A DNA stretch of 64,000 nt from contig OZ241986.1 of assembly GCA_965204375.1 (NCBI GenBank), positions 1,088,001 to 1,152,000 of the forward strand, written 5' to 3'. Made by a program: the position numbers and the translations under genes. The first letter of the stretch is position 1. Each line of letters begins with the position of its first letter. This DNA is from Candidatus Latescibacterota bacterium (lineage in GTDB: Bacteria > Latescibacterota > UBA2968). Below, piece by piece: positions 9,337 to 19,016 of this stretch. The notes under the pieces are model-generated. The model was not told the DNA's origin. It saw only the letters and a list, made by a program, of their open reading frames with translations, and ran no database searches.

Positions 9337-9978
9337 TCAATCATACATAGATAAATCATTCCAATCCGCTTCCAATCTCGGGCGAGTCAGCGACGCATCG
9401 GGGCGCCACTGCTCCCAACCTTCTGAATACAGCCCGCCATTGTGCTCAATTTCTTCAACTGCGAGCTTCCCTTCTTCTCTGACAGCTTTGCCCTGTGCAG
9501 GTGTCATGCGCCCGAGTTCCACAGCAAGGTCGAGTTCATCTTGGTCCTTCCATCTCCAGTTGCGATCAGGTCCAATAACAATGTCCAATTGATGATCCGT
9601 AAAATCAAAGCCCAGATGCGTGCGCCGTAATTTACTTTGAAGGTTGACATACCAACCTTCAAACACGCGATCTGCCGACCATCGCACCCAGGTTGCACGA
9701 CAATTGTGCGGTCGAACGACGATCAGAAGTTCTGCCCATTGCCAAGTCGAATCCACCAATGCCCAGGATCCCTTGACCCAACGACGTGGTGTGCCCGGAA
9801 TATGGTTCAGCAGTACCGGCCTCTTCGTTGGTGTTCCCAACGGGAGCCAAAGAACAACTTGTGCATCTGAATCTTCAATAACGGTGACGGGCTTTACGTC
9901 GACAACTTGACCGTGTTCGTCAAGCTCGCGATAGAGAATGGATTGGCCGTAGCAAAACTCAGACGGTATATCTTTCAT
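9337..9978 (-). CDS. DUF402 domain protein
   Basis: GWYVNL, DHQLDIVI.PDR.WRWKDQDEL motifs; start taken at ATG 9978. Confidence 0.8.
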   Translation of the reverse strand: MKDIPSEFCYGQSILYRELDEHGQVVDVKPVTVIEDSDAQVVLWLPLGTPTKRPVLLNHIPGTPRRWVKGSWALVDSTWQWAELLIVVRPHNCRATWVRWSADRVFEGWYVNLQSKLRRTHLGFDFTDHQLDIVIGPDRNWRWKDQDELDLAVELGRMTPAQGKAVREEGKLAVEEIEHNGGLYSEGWEQWRPDASLTRPRLEADWNDLSMYD

Positions 9979-10403
9979 AGGGAACAAGGTTGACGCCACT
10001 CCTCCTGTGGACAAAGATCGAGCTCTCGCCATATTCGCCATGACGAAAGATGGGCTCGAATCCATAGGAGAGAAAGTTGCGGGATGAAAAGTCGTGGAAG
10101 TCCGTGCCTCCATACGTCCTTTCTGCCCAATTCTCCAGATCCATCCGCGCCGAAATTGTCCCAGCGCTCGCCACGTCCCGTGAAGTCAACGACCATGCTA
10201 TTTCCGTTGGCGATCACTTTAAATGTCGCCGTACTCGCCTTCAGAGATGCTTTCAGCCAATCGATCTGGCCCTGGCCGAACATGGTCTTGCGGTCTTCTG
10301 CTTCGTTCGGATCTCGAGGGAAATAAACGTATCCGTCGCGTTCCATCGCCTCGATCTGCTGTTCCAGGTTTGGGTATGCGACAAGCGCTAATGTATTGGC
10401 CAT
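9959..10403 (-). pseudogene. Chimeric remnant: PhyH-like N-terminal stub + internal PhoD-like phosphatase fragment + unidentified fragment in another frame
   Basis: MERDGYVYFP (PhyH-like), then KTMFGQGQIDWLKASLKASTATFKVIANG...ERWDNF (PhoD-like), then MDLENWAERTYGG... from 10144. Confidence 0.55.
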
Positions 10404-10481
10404 AAATTTTACCTCAAGCCCTGGGGCAAACTTTTCAAAAGAAGATTAGGAAAATACCTGAATAGATGCGTCTGCCACCCC

Positions 10482-10740
10482 TCATACAAATAGACTCTGC
10501 GAATAACGGTATGCGATGCAGCTGGTACCCCACTCTTTATGAGCCACATCCATGAGCGTATATGCTGTGGTCACAATGGTACCATCTTCAAAACATACGG
10601 TACTGGGATACCCGCAGTCCGAATGGTAGGCCGTGTCGCTGATGATGTATTCGCGATTTATATCAAAGGTGTTTCCTCCATCGTGACTCACAACAGCGCG
10701 AACTCCGAAGGGATATGCGCGGTATCCATATGTAACGCGT
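10482..10740 (-). pseudogene. C-terminal fragment of a BNR/sialidase-like protein
   Basis: TYGYR..PFGVRAVVSHDGGNTF (Asp-box) and DCGYPSTV...DGTIVT; N-terminal propeller blades missing. Confidence 0.7.
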
Positions 10741-10792
10741 GCCCGTAGCAATAACGGGGACTTCTTCCATGTGATCGACCAAAGAGACGACC

Positions 10793-11794
10793 TCAAACAT
10801 CGTCTTTCTCCTGCGCCTGGTTCGGTGCCTCTTCCCATGGTGCACGCAACGTCGGCCTCTCGGTCAGGAACTCCAGTCCCGCGCGCAACGCCCCATCCGC
10901 GTTGAACCACGCGTGGAAGCCCTGCCCATCGATACCGTTGCCGTCATAGCGGTCGCGACGGGTAGAAATCGCCTTGCCTTCTCGCATGCCCCAGCCCATC
11001 CACCCGTGGCCCGATTCTTCCATCATCTGGATGGTCCAGCGGGCACAATCTGCGCGCTTTGCATCGTCAAGGCAGCCGGGAATGGTCTCGTTGGAGAGCA
11101 TTGGCTTTTTATGACGCTGCTGAACTGCGGCACATACTGCCAACATCTCGCGCTGTTGCTCGGGCGTGCGCCCGTAGGGGTGACAGCACAGCACGTCGCA
11201 GAGTGGCGCGAGTCGGTCCATCTGCTCCTCAATTTGAAGCACGCCAATGGTGATTGGCTGCTGCGCTCCGCACGCGCGCACCGTCTCAGCTACCCGCTCC
11301 AGCCACTCGATTTCTTTGGCGTTGGAATCGGCATCCAGACGCGGGTATTGGGGTTCATTGCAGAGGTCCCAGACGAGGACGCGCTCGTCATTGGCAAGGG
11401 GCGCGACCAGATCGCGAACATAGTCCAGCTTCGGACTCCAATTTCGGTGCAGATCCTCGATATAGGTCCCGCCGTAGTCGTAGTCGCGGCTGTGCCACCG
11501 GTTGAACAGGCATGGCATGGTCCGCATGCCAAGTTCATCAATGGCCGCCACAGCATCCATGAACGACGCGTGGACAGCGTCCGGGTCTGCCATCCATGCT
11601 GTGAACTCGATCCACAGGCGGATGCAATTGGCGTGCGTCTGGTTTGCAAGTGCGACTTCTTCGCGGAATCGGTCCGGGCTATAGTCCCACCAGGCCTGCT
11701 CGATGCGGGCACCCCAGGAGGGTACGATATTGAATCCGCGGAGCCAGGCGTAGTCCTGGTAGTGATGGAGCTTCACATTTGCTGGTTCTGCCAT
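10793..11794 (-). CDS. Glycoside hydrolase, clan GH-A (GH5-like)
   Basis: LRGFN, NCIRLW, WDLCNEP acid/base motif, HPY, KPMLSNE nucleophile. Confidence 0.8.
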   Translation of the reverse strand: MAEPANVKLHHYQDYAWLRGFNIVPSWGARIEQAWWDYSPDRFREEVALANQTHANCIRLWIEFTAWMADPDAVHASFMDAVAAIDELGMRTMPCLFNRWHSRDYDYGGTYIEDLHRNWSPKLDYVRDLVAPLANDERVLVWDLCNEPQYPRLDADSNAKEIEWLERVAETVRACGAQQPITIGVLQIEEQMDRLAPLCDVLCCHPYGRTPEQQREMLAVCAAVQQRHKKPMLSNETIPGCLDDAKRADCARWTIQMMEESGHGWMGWGMREGKAISTRRDRYDGNGIDGQGFHAWFNADGALRAGLEFLTERPTLRAPWEEAPNQAQEKDDV

Positions 11795-11814
11795 TGTCTC
11801 TATCCTTAAAGCCC

Positions 11815-13125
11815 TTAATCATTCCTGTTTTCGCTTTTCGCCAAACTGGCACAAACCAGTTCTTTATCATTTCGGGCGAACACATGTTTATAGGCAAACG
11901 CAGGATGCGCCCATGTGACACCACCTCTGCGGTTCAACTGGTCGCGCGTCGGTTCGATCAATTTTGCGCGACTGATGATATTCAGTCCGTCCGGCGAAAG
12001 CGTTGTAATCAGGAGTTCGCCGCGCTCATTGAACATCCAGACCTTATCGCCATTTTTGATAAAATGGATGTTGCTCCAGCGCGCTTTCGGAACCGCGGTG
12101 AGGTCTTCCCAAATCCGATCGCCGTTGCGGGCGTCGAGACAGCGGAGTTCCCCATAGCTATCCACACCGTAAATGTAATCGCCGAGTCGGATCGGGGTTG
12201 ACATCGTGGAATGGAGCGCGTCTGTGTTCCGTTCATTTCTTCCCTTACGGTGCCAACCGAATTGCATCATCGGCTTATCTGGATTCAGTTTCAGCAGCAG
12301 CGAGCCTTCAAAGAAATCAGTGATAAACAACTCATTTTGAGAAAAAACGGGACTTGCGATCCCGATCTCCATACGAGTCGGTGGAAACGGATGGAGCCAA
12401 TGCGTACTGCCTGTCTGCGGGTTGAGCCCAGCGATATTTCTCCCTGTCCAACAGACGAGCACCCGCTCGCCACCCTGTGTAATCACAATTGGAGCTGAGT
12501 AAGATGCGTTGTCTTCAAGGGCTTTCCATTTTTCGGCTCCGGTTTCGCGATCGAAAGCGACGATGCATGCTCCGGGCGTGCCGCCGATTTGTACGATGAG
12601 GTGTGAACCCTCGACAATCGGCGCGCTCGCAATCCCCCAGGTTGGCATCTCAATATTGTATTCGGTGTTGAGGTCTTTTTTCCACTTCAACGTGCCGGTT
12701 GCGGCATCGAAACAGTGGAGATGCCCCATCGCTCCTAAGGCGTAAGCGAGTCCGTCATGAATGATAACATTGGCTCGAGGCCCGGCGGTATAGTCAATTC
12801 GGTATTCACACTCGTAGGTGAAAGACCAAATCGATTCACCTGTTTCCCAGTCGAAACAGTGAACCCGTTCGACCTGTTTCGGTTTCGCGAGACGGTCAGT
12901 AACGTAAACGCGCCCGTCAGCGACACTCGGGCCGCTATAGCCGCTGCCGATTGGCACTCGCCAACGAATCGGGATCTCCGGTCCGTCAAATGCCTCCAAT
13001 ATCCCGGTTTCGCTCCAAACACCGTCCCGGTGCGGTCCCCGCCACTGCGGCCATTCATCGGCCAATATCGAAGAGGTGGGGAAAAGTAAAGCGAGCAGCA
13101 TTAGTTTCAATAGGATTCGGTTCAT
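11815..13125 (-). CDS. Secreted PQQ-binding-like beta-propeller repeat protein
   Basis: Signal peptide, DEWPQWRGP, GYSGP, repeated xxTGxxxW blades, WAHPA. Confidence 0.88.
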   Translation of the reverse strand: MNRILLKLMLLALLFPTSSILADEWPQWRGPHRDGVWSETGILEAFDGPEIPIRWRVPIGSGYSGPSVADGRVYVTDRLAKPKQVERVHCFDWETGESIWSFTYECEYRIDYTAGPRANVIIHDGLAYALGAMGHLHCFDAATGTLKWKKDLNTEYNIEMPTWGIASAPIVEGSHLIVQIGGTPGACIVAFDRETGAEKWKALEDNASYSAPIVITQGGERVLVCWTGRNIAGLNPQTGSTHWLHPFPPTRMEIGIASPVFSQNELFITDFFEGSLLLKLNPDKPMMQFGWHRKGRNERNTDALHSTMSTPIRLGDYIYGVDSYGELRCLDARNGDRIWEDLTAVPKARWSNIHFIKNGDKVWMFNERGELLITTLSPDGLNIISRAKLIEPTRDQLNRRGGVTWAHPAFAYKHVFARNDKELVCASLAKSENRND

Positions 13126-13153
13126 GGTTAATCATGTCCTTTTCATCGCCATC

Positions 13154-14614
13154 TCACGGTTTTTGCACGACAAATTCTGGCCGTGGAATCATGCGTTCCG
13201 GATTTCGTTCGTAGCCTCGTTTCCACAACTCCTTCACAAGCCTGCCACTTTTAGCCAGTTCTTCGCGAAGCGCCTGCTGGTCCGCCTTTGCCCGCTGATC
13301 AATCGCTTCCGGGCAGCACACCTGGTATAGAATTCGCCGAAGCCGAGCCAGTTTCTGAGACGCATCGGGACGCTCCGCAAGATCTTGCATCTCCAAAGGA
13401 TCCTCTGCAAGGTCAAACAACATCGGTCGTTCCCCAACGCACACCACATATTTATCTGAACCCGATCGAAGAGCAAAAGCGCTTCCCGGAAGGCCCGGCC
13501 CATGAAATTCACTGATGGCGAATTCGGGAAGCGCCGCACCCGGCTCGCCCCTCAAGGATCCCAGCAGGGATGTTCCCCGCATGTGTGTTGGCGAAAGCAG
13601 TTCCAGGGCTTCCGAGAATGTTTGGAAAAGATCGAAATGTGAAACAGGTGCAGGCTCGGACCCGCCTGGCTCTATGCCGGGTCCAGCCACGATCATGGGT
13701 ACGCGAATTGAATCCTCATACATCGATCCCATTCCGGAATTGTGATGTGCCCCCATGCTGCCACCGTGATCCGAAGCATAGGCGACCAGCGTCGAATCCC
13801 AGAGATTCTCGGTGTCTATGGCTTTGAGCACGCGCCCCACGTTGCGATCTGCCATCTCACAGATGCCGTGGTAGCCTACCAGACCACGGCGCAACTCCTC
13901 GGGTGTGCAAAGATCGCTGCACGTGTAACGAACAAAATCCCGGTGGAAGGGGTGCAGTCGAGAAACGGGTTCCGAATAGCGCTCGTCCAGGTCTTCGGTT
14001 CGCACCAGCGGATCGTAGTAATCCCATAGCTCCTGCGGCGGATTCCATCCGGGATGGGGCTGTTTGATATTCACAATCAGGACCCAGGGGCGATCTTGTG
14101 GGCGTTCATTCATCAGCCACTGTACCGCTTCTTTTGCGACCTGCGCGTCGTGCTGGTGTTCCCCGCTCCCACTTGCAGGACCCGCTTCTCGCAATCGATG
14201 CAGGTGATGGTACCGGGGTTGCACACGGCCCTCTTCGAACAGCGTGTGTATGTCCAGACTCTCCCGTGTCTTCGCCAGGCGAATGTCTTCCACGCCAGCA
14301 TCACTGCCCGGTTTGTAATCGAGCTTGCCAATGGTCGTAAGCAGGACGCCATTTTCCGCAAAGTAATGCCCCCAGCCTCTGGGCACTCCTGAATAGGGAA
14401 ACGCATTGTCCCAAGCGGAGATCTCGTGAACATACCGTCCCGCCATCATCGCTCCCCGCGAAGGCGCGCATAGAGGACTCGGGCAATAGGCACTGTCGAA
14501 TTTCTTTCCTCGCCTGGCGAGCACATCGATGTGCGGCGTACGGGTAATGGAATTACCGTAACAACCAGAAAACTCGGGGTTGTGTCGATCGGTCATGATA
14601 TAAACAACATTCAT
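13154..14614 (-). CDS. Sulfatase (choline-sulfatase-like)
   Basis: NVVYIMTD, CAPSR formylglycine motif, IGK, PH, SDHG; start moved to ATG 14614. Confidence 0.9.
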   Translation of the reverse strand: MNVVYIMTDRHNPEFSGCYGNSITRTPHIDVLARRGKKFDSAYCPSPLCAPSRGAMMAGRYVHEISAWDNAFPYSGVPRGWGHYFAENGVLLTTIGKLDYKPGSDAGVEDIRLAKTRESLDIHTLFEEGRVQPRYHHLHRLREAGPASGSGEHQHDAQVAKEAVQWLMNERPQDRPWVLIVNIKQPHPGWNPPQELWDYYDPLVRTEDLDERYSEPVSRLHPFHRDFVRYTCSDLCTPEELRRGLVGYHGICEMADRNVGRVLKAIDTENLWDSTLVAYASDHGGSMGAHHNSGMGSMYEDSIRVPMIVAGPGIEPGGSEPAPVSHFDLFQTFSEALELLSPTHMRGTSLLGSLRGEPGAALPEFAISEFHGPGLPGSAFALRSGSDKYVVCVGERPMLFDLAEDPLEMQDLAERPDASQKLARLRRILYQVCCPEAIDQRAKADQQALREELAKSGRLVKELWKRGYERNPERMIPRPEFVVQKP

Positions 14615-14669
14615 CGAAGTCACCTCGGTGCGAGTTGGCAGCATCTTAAGCCTTTGGAACATATCACAG

Positions 14670-15464
14670 CTAATCGTTATATGCCACAGCTTCGGGGAAG
14701 GTCTCGTGAAGGTGGTCGAGAACCATATCGATCTTACACCTGCACAAAGTGCTGGGATAGGGCATCTCGCCGGTCCGCCGAAAAGATGCCCCGTTCTTTG
14801 CGTGAAAATCACCCCGCCGGTCCATGAACTGCCCCCAACGTCCCATCGTGTATCGCATCTCTGTCCTTTTTTCAGCGCTCTGAATCCAGGCTTCGGGAAA
14901 CAGCATTTGAAACCGGGGTGCCGAATTCAACCAGCTGCCGCATTGAACCACTTTTACTTCCGGTCGACGTACTTGCGAATCTCTGAGCAGCCTGATTAGC
15001 GATGCCGCAAACTGCATGTGCATATCGCTGAGGGGAGATTTTGGCTGATAGACATTGGCAATATGAAGGCTCAACGCATTCTCGTGTTTGTAGTCGTAAT
15101 TCCAGCATTCGTGTGAACGATCGCCAGGCCCGGGCTGTTCATTACCCAACTTGCGAATGCGCGCTTCCATAAGTGGCCAGAGGATCGCAAGTCCTCTGGT
15201 CTCCACGGATTCACTCTCATTACTATACTTGTCGAAGATTTCTCCCAACTTTTCTACAATGACGTTCCATTCGAGATCTTCGTCTCCCGCTGCCGGATGG
15301 TGGTTGCCGTCGTAGAGTGAGGTGTTCCGGTACAGATTGACTCGCACGTTAACGGTATCTTCCAGATCTCCAGGGTTTTCCTGTAGCCGTTTGTTCGCGT
15401 ACCAAAGGCTCAACCGGGTGAATTCCCGAACATAATGCACGCGAATCGGATCCAGATCGGACAT
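14670..15464 (-). CDS. Hypothetical protein
   Basis: Long ORF in operon position with CGSWLN and WGQF motifs; start at ATG 15464 after GGGGGTAG. Confidence 0.7.
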   Translation of the reverse strand: MSDLDPIRVHYVREFTRLSLWYANKRLQENPGDLEDTVNVRVNLYRNTSLYDGNHHPAAGDEDLEWNVIVEKLGEIFDKYSNESESVETRGLAILWPLMEARIRKLGNEQPGPGDRSHECWNYDYKHENALSLHIANVYQPKSPLSDMHMQFAASLIRLLRDSQVRRPEVKVVQCGSWLNSAPRFQMLFPEAWIQSAEKRTEMRYTMGRWGQFMDRRGDFHAKNGASFRRTGEMPYPSTLCRCKIDMVLDHLHETFPEAVAYND

Positions 15465-15492
15465 TGATTCTACCCCCGTTGTTCGTATTGCG

Positions 15493-17679
15493 TTAATCTT
15501 TTCCTCTGTCGGATTTTGTGCCAAAATCCTGCCAGCCCCAATCCAGATGGATCCGGGGTATGGAAAACTCGTAATACCAGCGAATACTCACGGGTTCGTG
15601 TTGAGGTTCCAGGTATGCATAAAAAAGAGCAGATCGGCCCGTCACTTCATCCAGCATCCCTGCAGGCGTGAGTTCCGACAACAGGTCCGGATCCTCTTCC
15701 ACTTCCAGGTAACGCAGCAAATCATCTGTATGGTTTTCGGCGCCGCTGGAACTCACCTGAACGGGTGTCTCATGTTCATTCCACCAGGGCAAGTCCGATG
15801 CTGGTTGAGATTCTCCGTCTGCTGTCTTTACCCAGATCGGTGTACTCCAGGCAAACTCTCCATCGTTCTGGCGAAGCCGTATGTAGTAGGCATTCTCTTT
15901 GAGCGGATGTTCATCCACGTAAGTCAGATCTACGTCCAGCGCGTTCGGACGCCAGGTCTTCATGCGTCGATCATTTCGGATGAGATCTACGCGCTGCACT
16001 GTTGCGCATGCGTGAGCTACCACGCGAATTCTGGCTGGGCCTGAAAGCTGTATCTCGCTGCCAGCGGGATTGCCCTCTATCGAAACCATCAGAATGATTC
16101 GAGCCCCAGTCGTTGCAAAGGTTCGTTTTTCAGCGACAGCTTGCCAGATGGCCTTTCGTTCACAGCGAGTGGCCCACACACCTGCCAGAGGGCCCGATCC
16201 AAATCCAGTGTCACGGATGTTGAGCACCTTGTTGAACCGGCCCCGGAAGCAATGGGGAGCCATTGGGGCGCCCAGTGTGGGCAGATGGATATCTCCCGAT
16301 CCGATAACGGCTGGTCGATAGCCGTACCTCAGTGCCTTCTGCAGGAGCCACTCAAAAGCGCCGTGACCGCTGGCCACTTCCAGCAGTGGTTCGACATTTG
16401 GCCGAAATGCGTCCCAATTTGGCGGCCCCCCTCCAACGTGGGATTCAAGAAGTACATCCTCCCGATCTCCGTAGGTTTCCAGCAGGGTTTCCATCGACGA
16501 AAAGGTCGGCAGGTACCCATCTTCCATCTCCTGGAACACAACGTTTCGGTCCCCTCCGGAGCGCGTGTGAACTTCCGATGCCAGAAAGGGCACATATATT
16601 CCGGGTTCATCGTGATTGGTATATGCCTGTTGAAAGGCTTCCCACAGTTCGGGTTCGTCAGCCTGATCTGGCGGCGACATGGGGCCTGGAGCCGCAAAAT
16701 CCAGCCGTCCCACTTCGCGGGCTTGCCTGTGTCGAGCATCCGGATCCAGCTTGAAGCTGGGCTCGTCCATCAGCGCCATGGACGTATCGCCCCAGGCGTG
16801 GGAGTGAAAGTCTCCCCAGAGCAGCCGGAAGTCCGGAGACTTCTGACAGAATATCGGATTGCTTCTGGCTCGAAGGTCTCCATCCCTCGCTTCAAGGCGA
16901 TAAACGCCCGGGTGGTCAATCTGAACGTCCTCCAACCTCAGGACGCCATTATGTACTGGCTCAAACACCGCTCGGTCCGGCAGGCCCGATACGTTGTCGG
17001 GGGCAGTTAACTGGACGACGCCCCGATATTGTTCACACACATTTCGATGGATATCGAAAGCGACCAGATTGAGGTGAAACGATTCGCCCTGTTCGACAAT
17101 GGATGGTCCCAGGATTCGCAGCATATCTGCGGATGCTTCTGAAGTAATGCGAATCCGGGTTTCTCCACCCGCGAGGCTGACAAATACACCATCGCCATTG
17201 CGATCTACCGCTGCCTCCAGTCGCGCCATTGTAGTCGCGTCATAAACTTCAGCACCTGGGCCACCCCCGCAGCGATCACCGATTCGCAATCTGACCCAAT
17301 CTCCCTTTCGAAGGATCCCTTTTGACACGCGAATCCTCGCAACTTCGGGTTCGTGACCATGGTCGGAATTGACAGCCAGGTCCAGCCTGGCGTCAGAATT
17401 TGACGCCATTGTCACATAATCGCGTCCCAGTGGGTTATTCAGCTGAGGGGCGTGGCCCATGAGGAATCCGCGGCGGAAGAAGCAGAATCCTCCACCATCC
17501 CGCACATCCGCTGCAGCAGTAAATGTGATCTCCCACGTGCCGATTTTCCCAGCAGGCAGATTGAATGTGGATCCCGATGTAACAGAACCATCTGCACCCC
17601 GAAACAGGACCTCAAATCCGTCGGGTTCATCCCCGGAAATCGAGGCATGAATCCACTCTATGCGAGCGCTTTTTGACAT
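15493..17679 (-). CDS. DUF3604-like / PHP-fold metallohydrolase
   Basis: WGDFHSH, GDRNVVF, HVGG, GSGDIH, FATTGARI, YYIRLRQ..GEFAWSTPIWV; paralog at 32627. Confidence 0.72.
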   Translation of the reverse strand: MSKSARIEWIHASISGDEPDGFEVLFRGADGSVTSGSTFNLPAGKIGTWEITFTAAADVRDGGGFCFFRRGFLMGHAPQLNNPLGRDYVTMASNSDARLDLAVNSDHGHEPEVARIRVSKGILRKGDWVRLRIGDRCGGGPGAEVYDATTMARLEAAVDRNGDGVFVSLAGGETRIRITSEASADMLRILGPSIVEQGESFHLNLVAFDIHRNVCEQYRGVVQLTAPDNVSGLPDRAVFEPVHNGVLRLEDVQIDHPGVYRLEARDGDLRARSNPIFCQKSPDFRLLWGDFHSHAWGDTSMALMDEPSFKLDPDARHRQAREVGRLDFAAPGPMSPPDQADEPELWEAFQQAYTNHDEPGIYVPFLASEVHTRSGGDRNVVFQEMEDGYLPTFSSMETLLETYGDREDVLLESHVGGGPPNWDAFRPNVEPLLEVASGHGAFEWLLQKALRYGYRPAVIGSGDIHLPTLGAPMAPHCFRGRFNKVLNIRDTGFGSGPLAGVWATRCERKAIWQAVAEKRTFATTGARIILMVSIEGNPAGSEIQLSGPARIRVVAHACATVQRVDLIRNDRRMKTWRPNALDVDLTYVDEHPLKENAYYIRLRQNDGEFAWSTPIWVKTADGESQPASDLPWWNEHETPVQVSSSGAENHTDDLLRYLEVEEDPDLLSELTPAGMLDEVTGRSALFYAYLEPQHEPVSIRWYYEFSIPRIHLDWGWQDFGTKSDRGKD

Positions 17680-18959
17680 ACGGTATCATCCGTTAATTCA
17701 GAAAGCCGCGAACGGTTGTCATATACCTTCTGAAATGCCTCTGCCGTTTGTTCGACCCAGATCGGATCGGGATCTACAGGGGTAGATAGCCAGAAGCACG
17801 TGCCATGTATCCTTTCGCTGATCGGCAGGCTGCCTGGTCGATACGATTTCCGCGCGTTATCTGGAAGATATCCCCAGGGACCCCCAAGGTCCTCGAATGA
17901 GAAATCGTTGAACAATGACTCCAGATGCATCACACCATACCCGTAAGGCGTTATCTCCGGTTTTGTCCGCACTCCTTCGGCTACCAGCGCTTCCAGAACC
18001 TTCGACACGGGTACTCCATAGACTTCAGGATCGACCAAACCCGCATACAACAGGAGACCGCCGCGGGTAGCCTTTGGATAGACCTTCTGAGTCTCAACCC
18101 CCTCTACATTCTCGAGAAGTTCGTCCATTTGGGCAAACCACTTTCGGCGCTTTTCGTTGAGCTCTGACAGGCGTTCGAGCCGTCCTCGAGCCATCGCGAT
18201 ACCAAAGGGATTCGCCCTGTATTTGACGCCCAGACCCATGTTGTGCAATCCCTTAAACCGATCGGTTTTCCACGATTCCCCGCAACGACCGTACTGCCCC
18301 AATGCCATCATCTGGTCGAAGAGATCATCGTCATCTGTTACCACCACCCCGGCTTCCAATCCCGTAACCGGCTTGTTGCCCTGCAGACTGAAGCATCCAA
18401 TGTGGCCAATGCTGCCCACTGGCTTGCCATCCCACAGAGCGCCGTGTGCGTGAGAGGCGTCTTCAATCAGCTTGATATCGGTTCCGGCGATCAGGTCCAG
18501 CAGTCCATCCATATCCGCGGGATTCCCATAAACGTGTGTGACGACAATCGCGCATGTCCTGTCTGTGATTCGTTGTTTTACATCTTCTGGATCCGCACAG
18601 AAGGTGTTCGGATCTACTTCGCAGAATACGGGTGTTGCGCCGCAATGGAGGATGGGTGAAATCGTGGCATGCCAGGTGACTGAGGGCACGATCACTTCTT
18701 TGCCAACACGGGCACCCGTAGCAAAAATGGCCGAGTGCAAAGCTGCGGTTCCGTTGCACGTACAGATCGCGTGCTGCGTCTTTACCAGTTTGCTGAAATC
18801 AGATTCGAAGAGCTCGAGATGTCCCCGGGCTTTTTTCGGATCGTCCAGCACCTCGTTCACGTACGACTTTTCAAGCGGCCCGATATTTTCCCACCCATCT
18901 CCTACCGGAGCCGTAACGGCCTTTGGGCCTCCTTCAATTGCCAGAAGTGATTGTGCCAT
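17658..18959 (-). CDS. DegT/DnrJ/EryC1/StrS family PLP aminotransferase
   Basis: NGTAALH, IEDASHAHG, FSLQGNK (PLP lysine). Confidence 0.9.
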   Translation of the reverse strand: MAQSLLAIEGGPKAVTAPVGDGWENIGPLEKSYVNEVLDDPKKARGHLELFESDFSKLVKTQHAICTCNGTAALHSAIFATGARVGKEVIVPSVTWHATISPILHCGATPVFCEVDPNTFCADPEDVKQRITDRTCAIVVTHVYGNPADMDGLLDLIAGTDIKLIEDASHAHGALWDGKPVGSIGHIGCFSLQGNKPVTGLEAGVVVTDDDDLFDQMMALGQYGRCGESWKTDRFKGLHNMGLGVKYRANPFGIAMARGRLERLSELNEKRRKWFAQMDELLENVEGVETQKVYPKATRGGLLLYAGLVDPEVYGVPVSKVLEALVAEGVRTKPEITPYGYGVMHLESLFNDFSFEDLGGPWGYLPDNARKSYRPGSLPISERIHGTCFWLSTPVDPDPIWVEQTAEAFQKVYDNRSRLSELTDDTVCQKALA

Positions 18960-19016
18960 GGTATTCTCCTTGCTGCGTCCAGTTCAGCGAGTCGTTGGGT
19001 TGCCATAAACTCAGTC

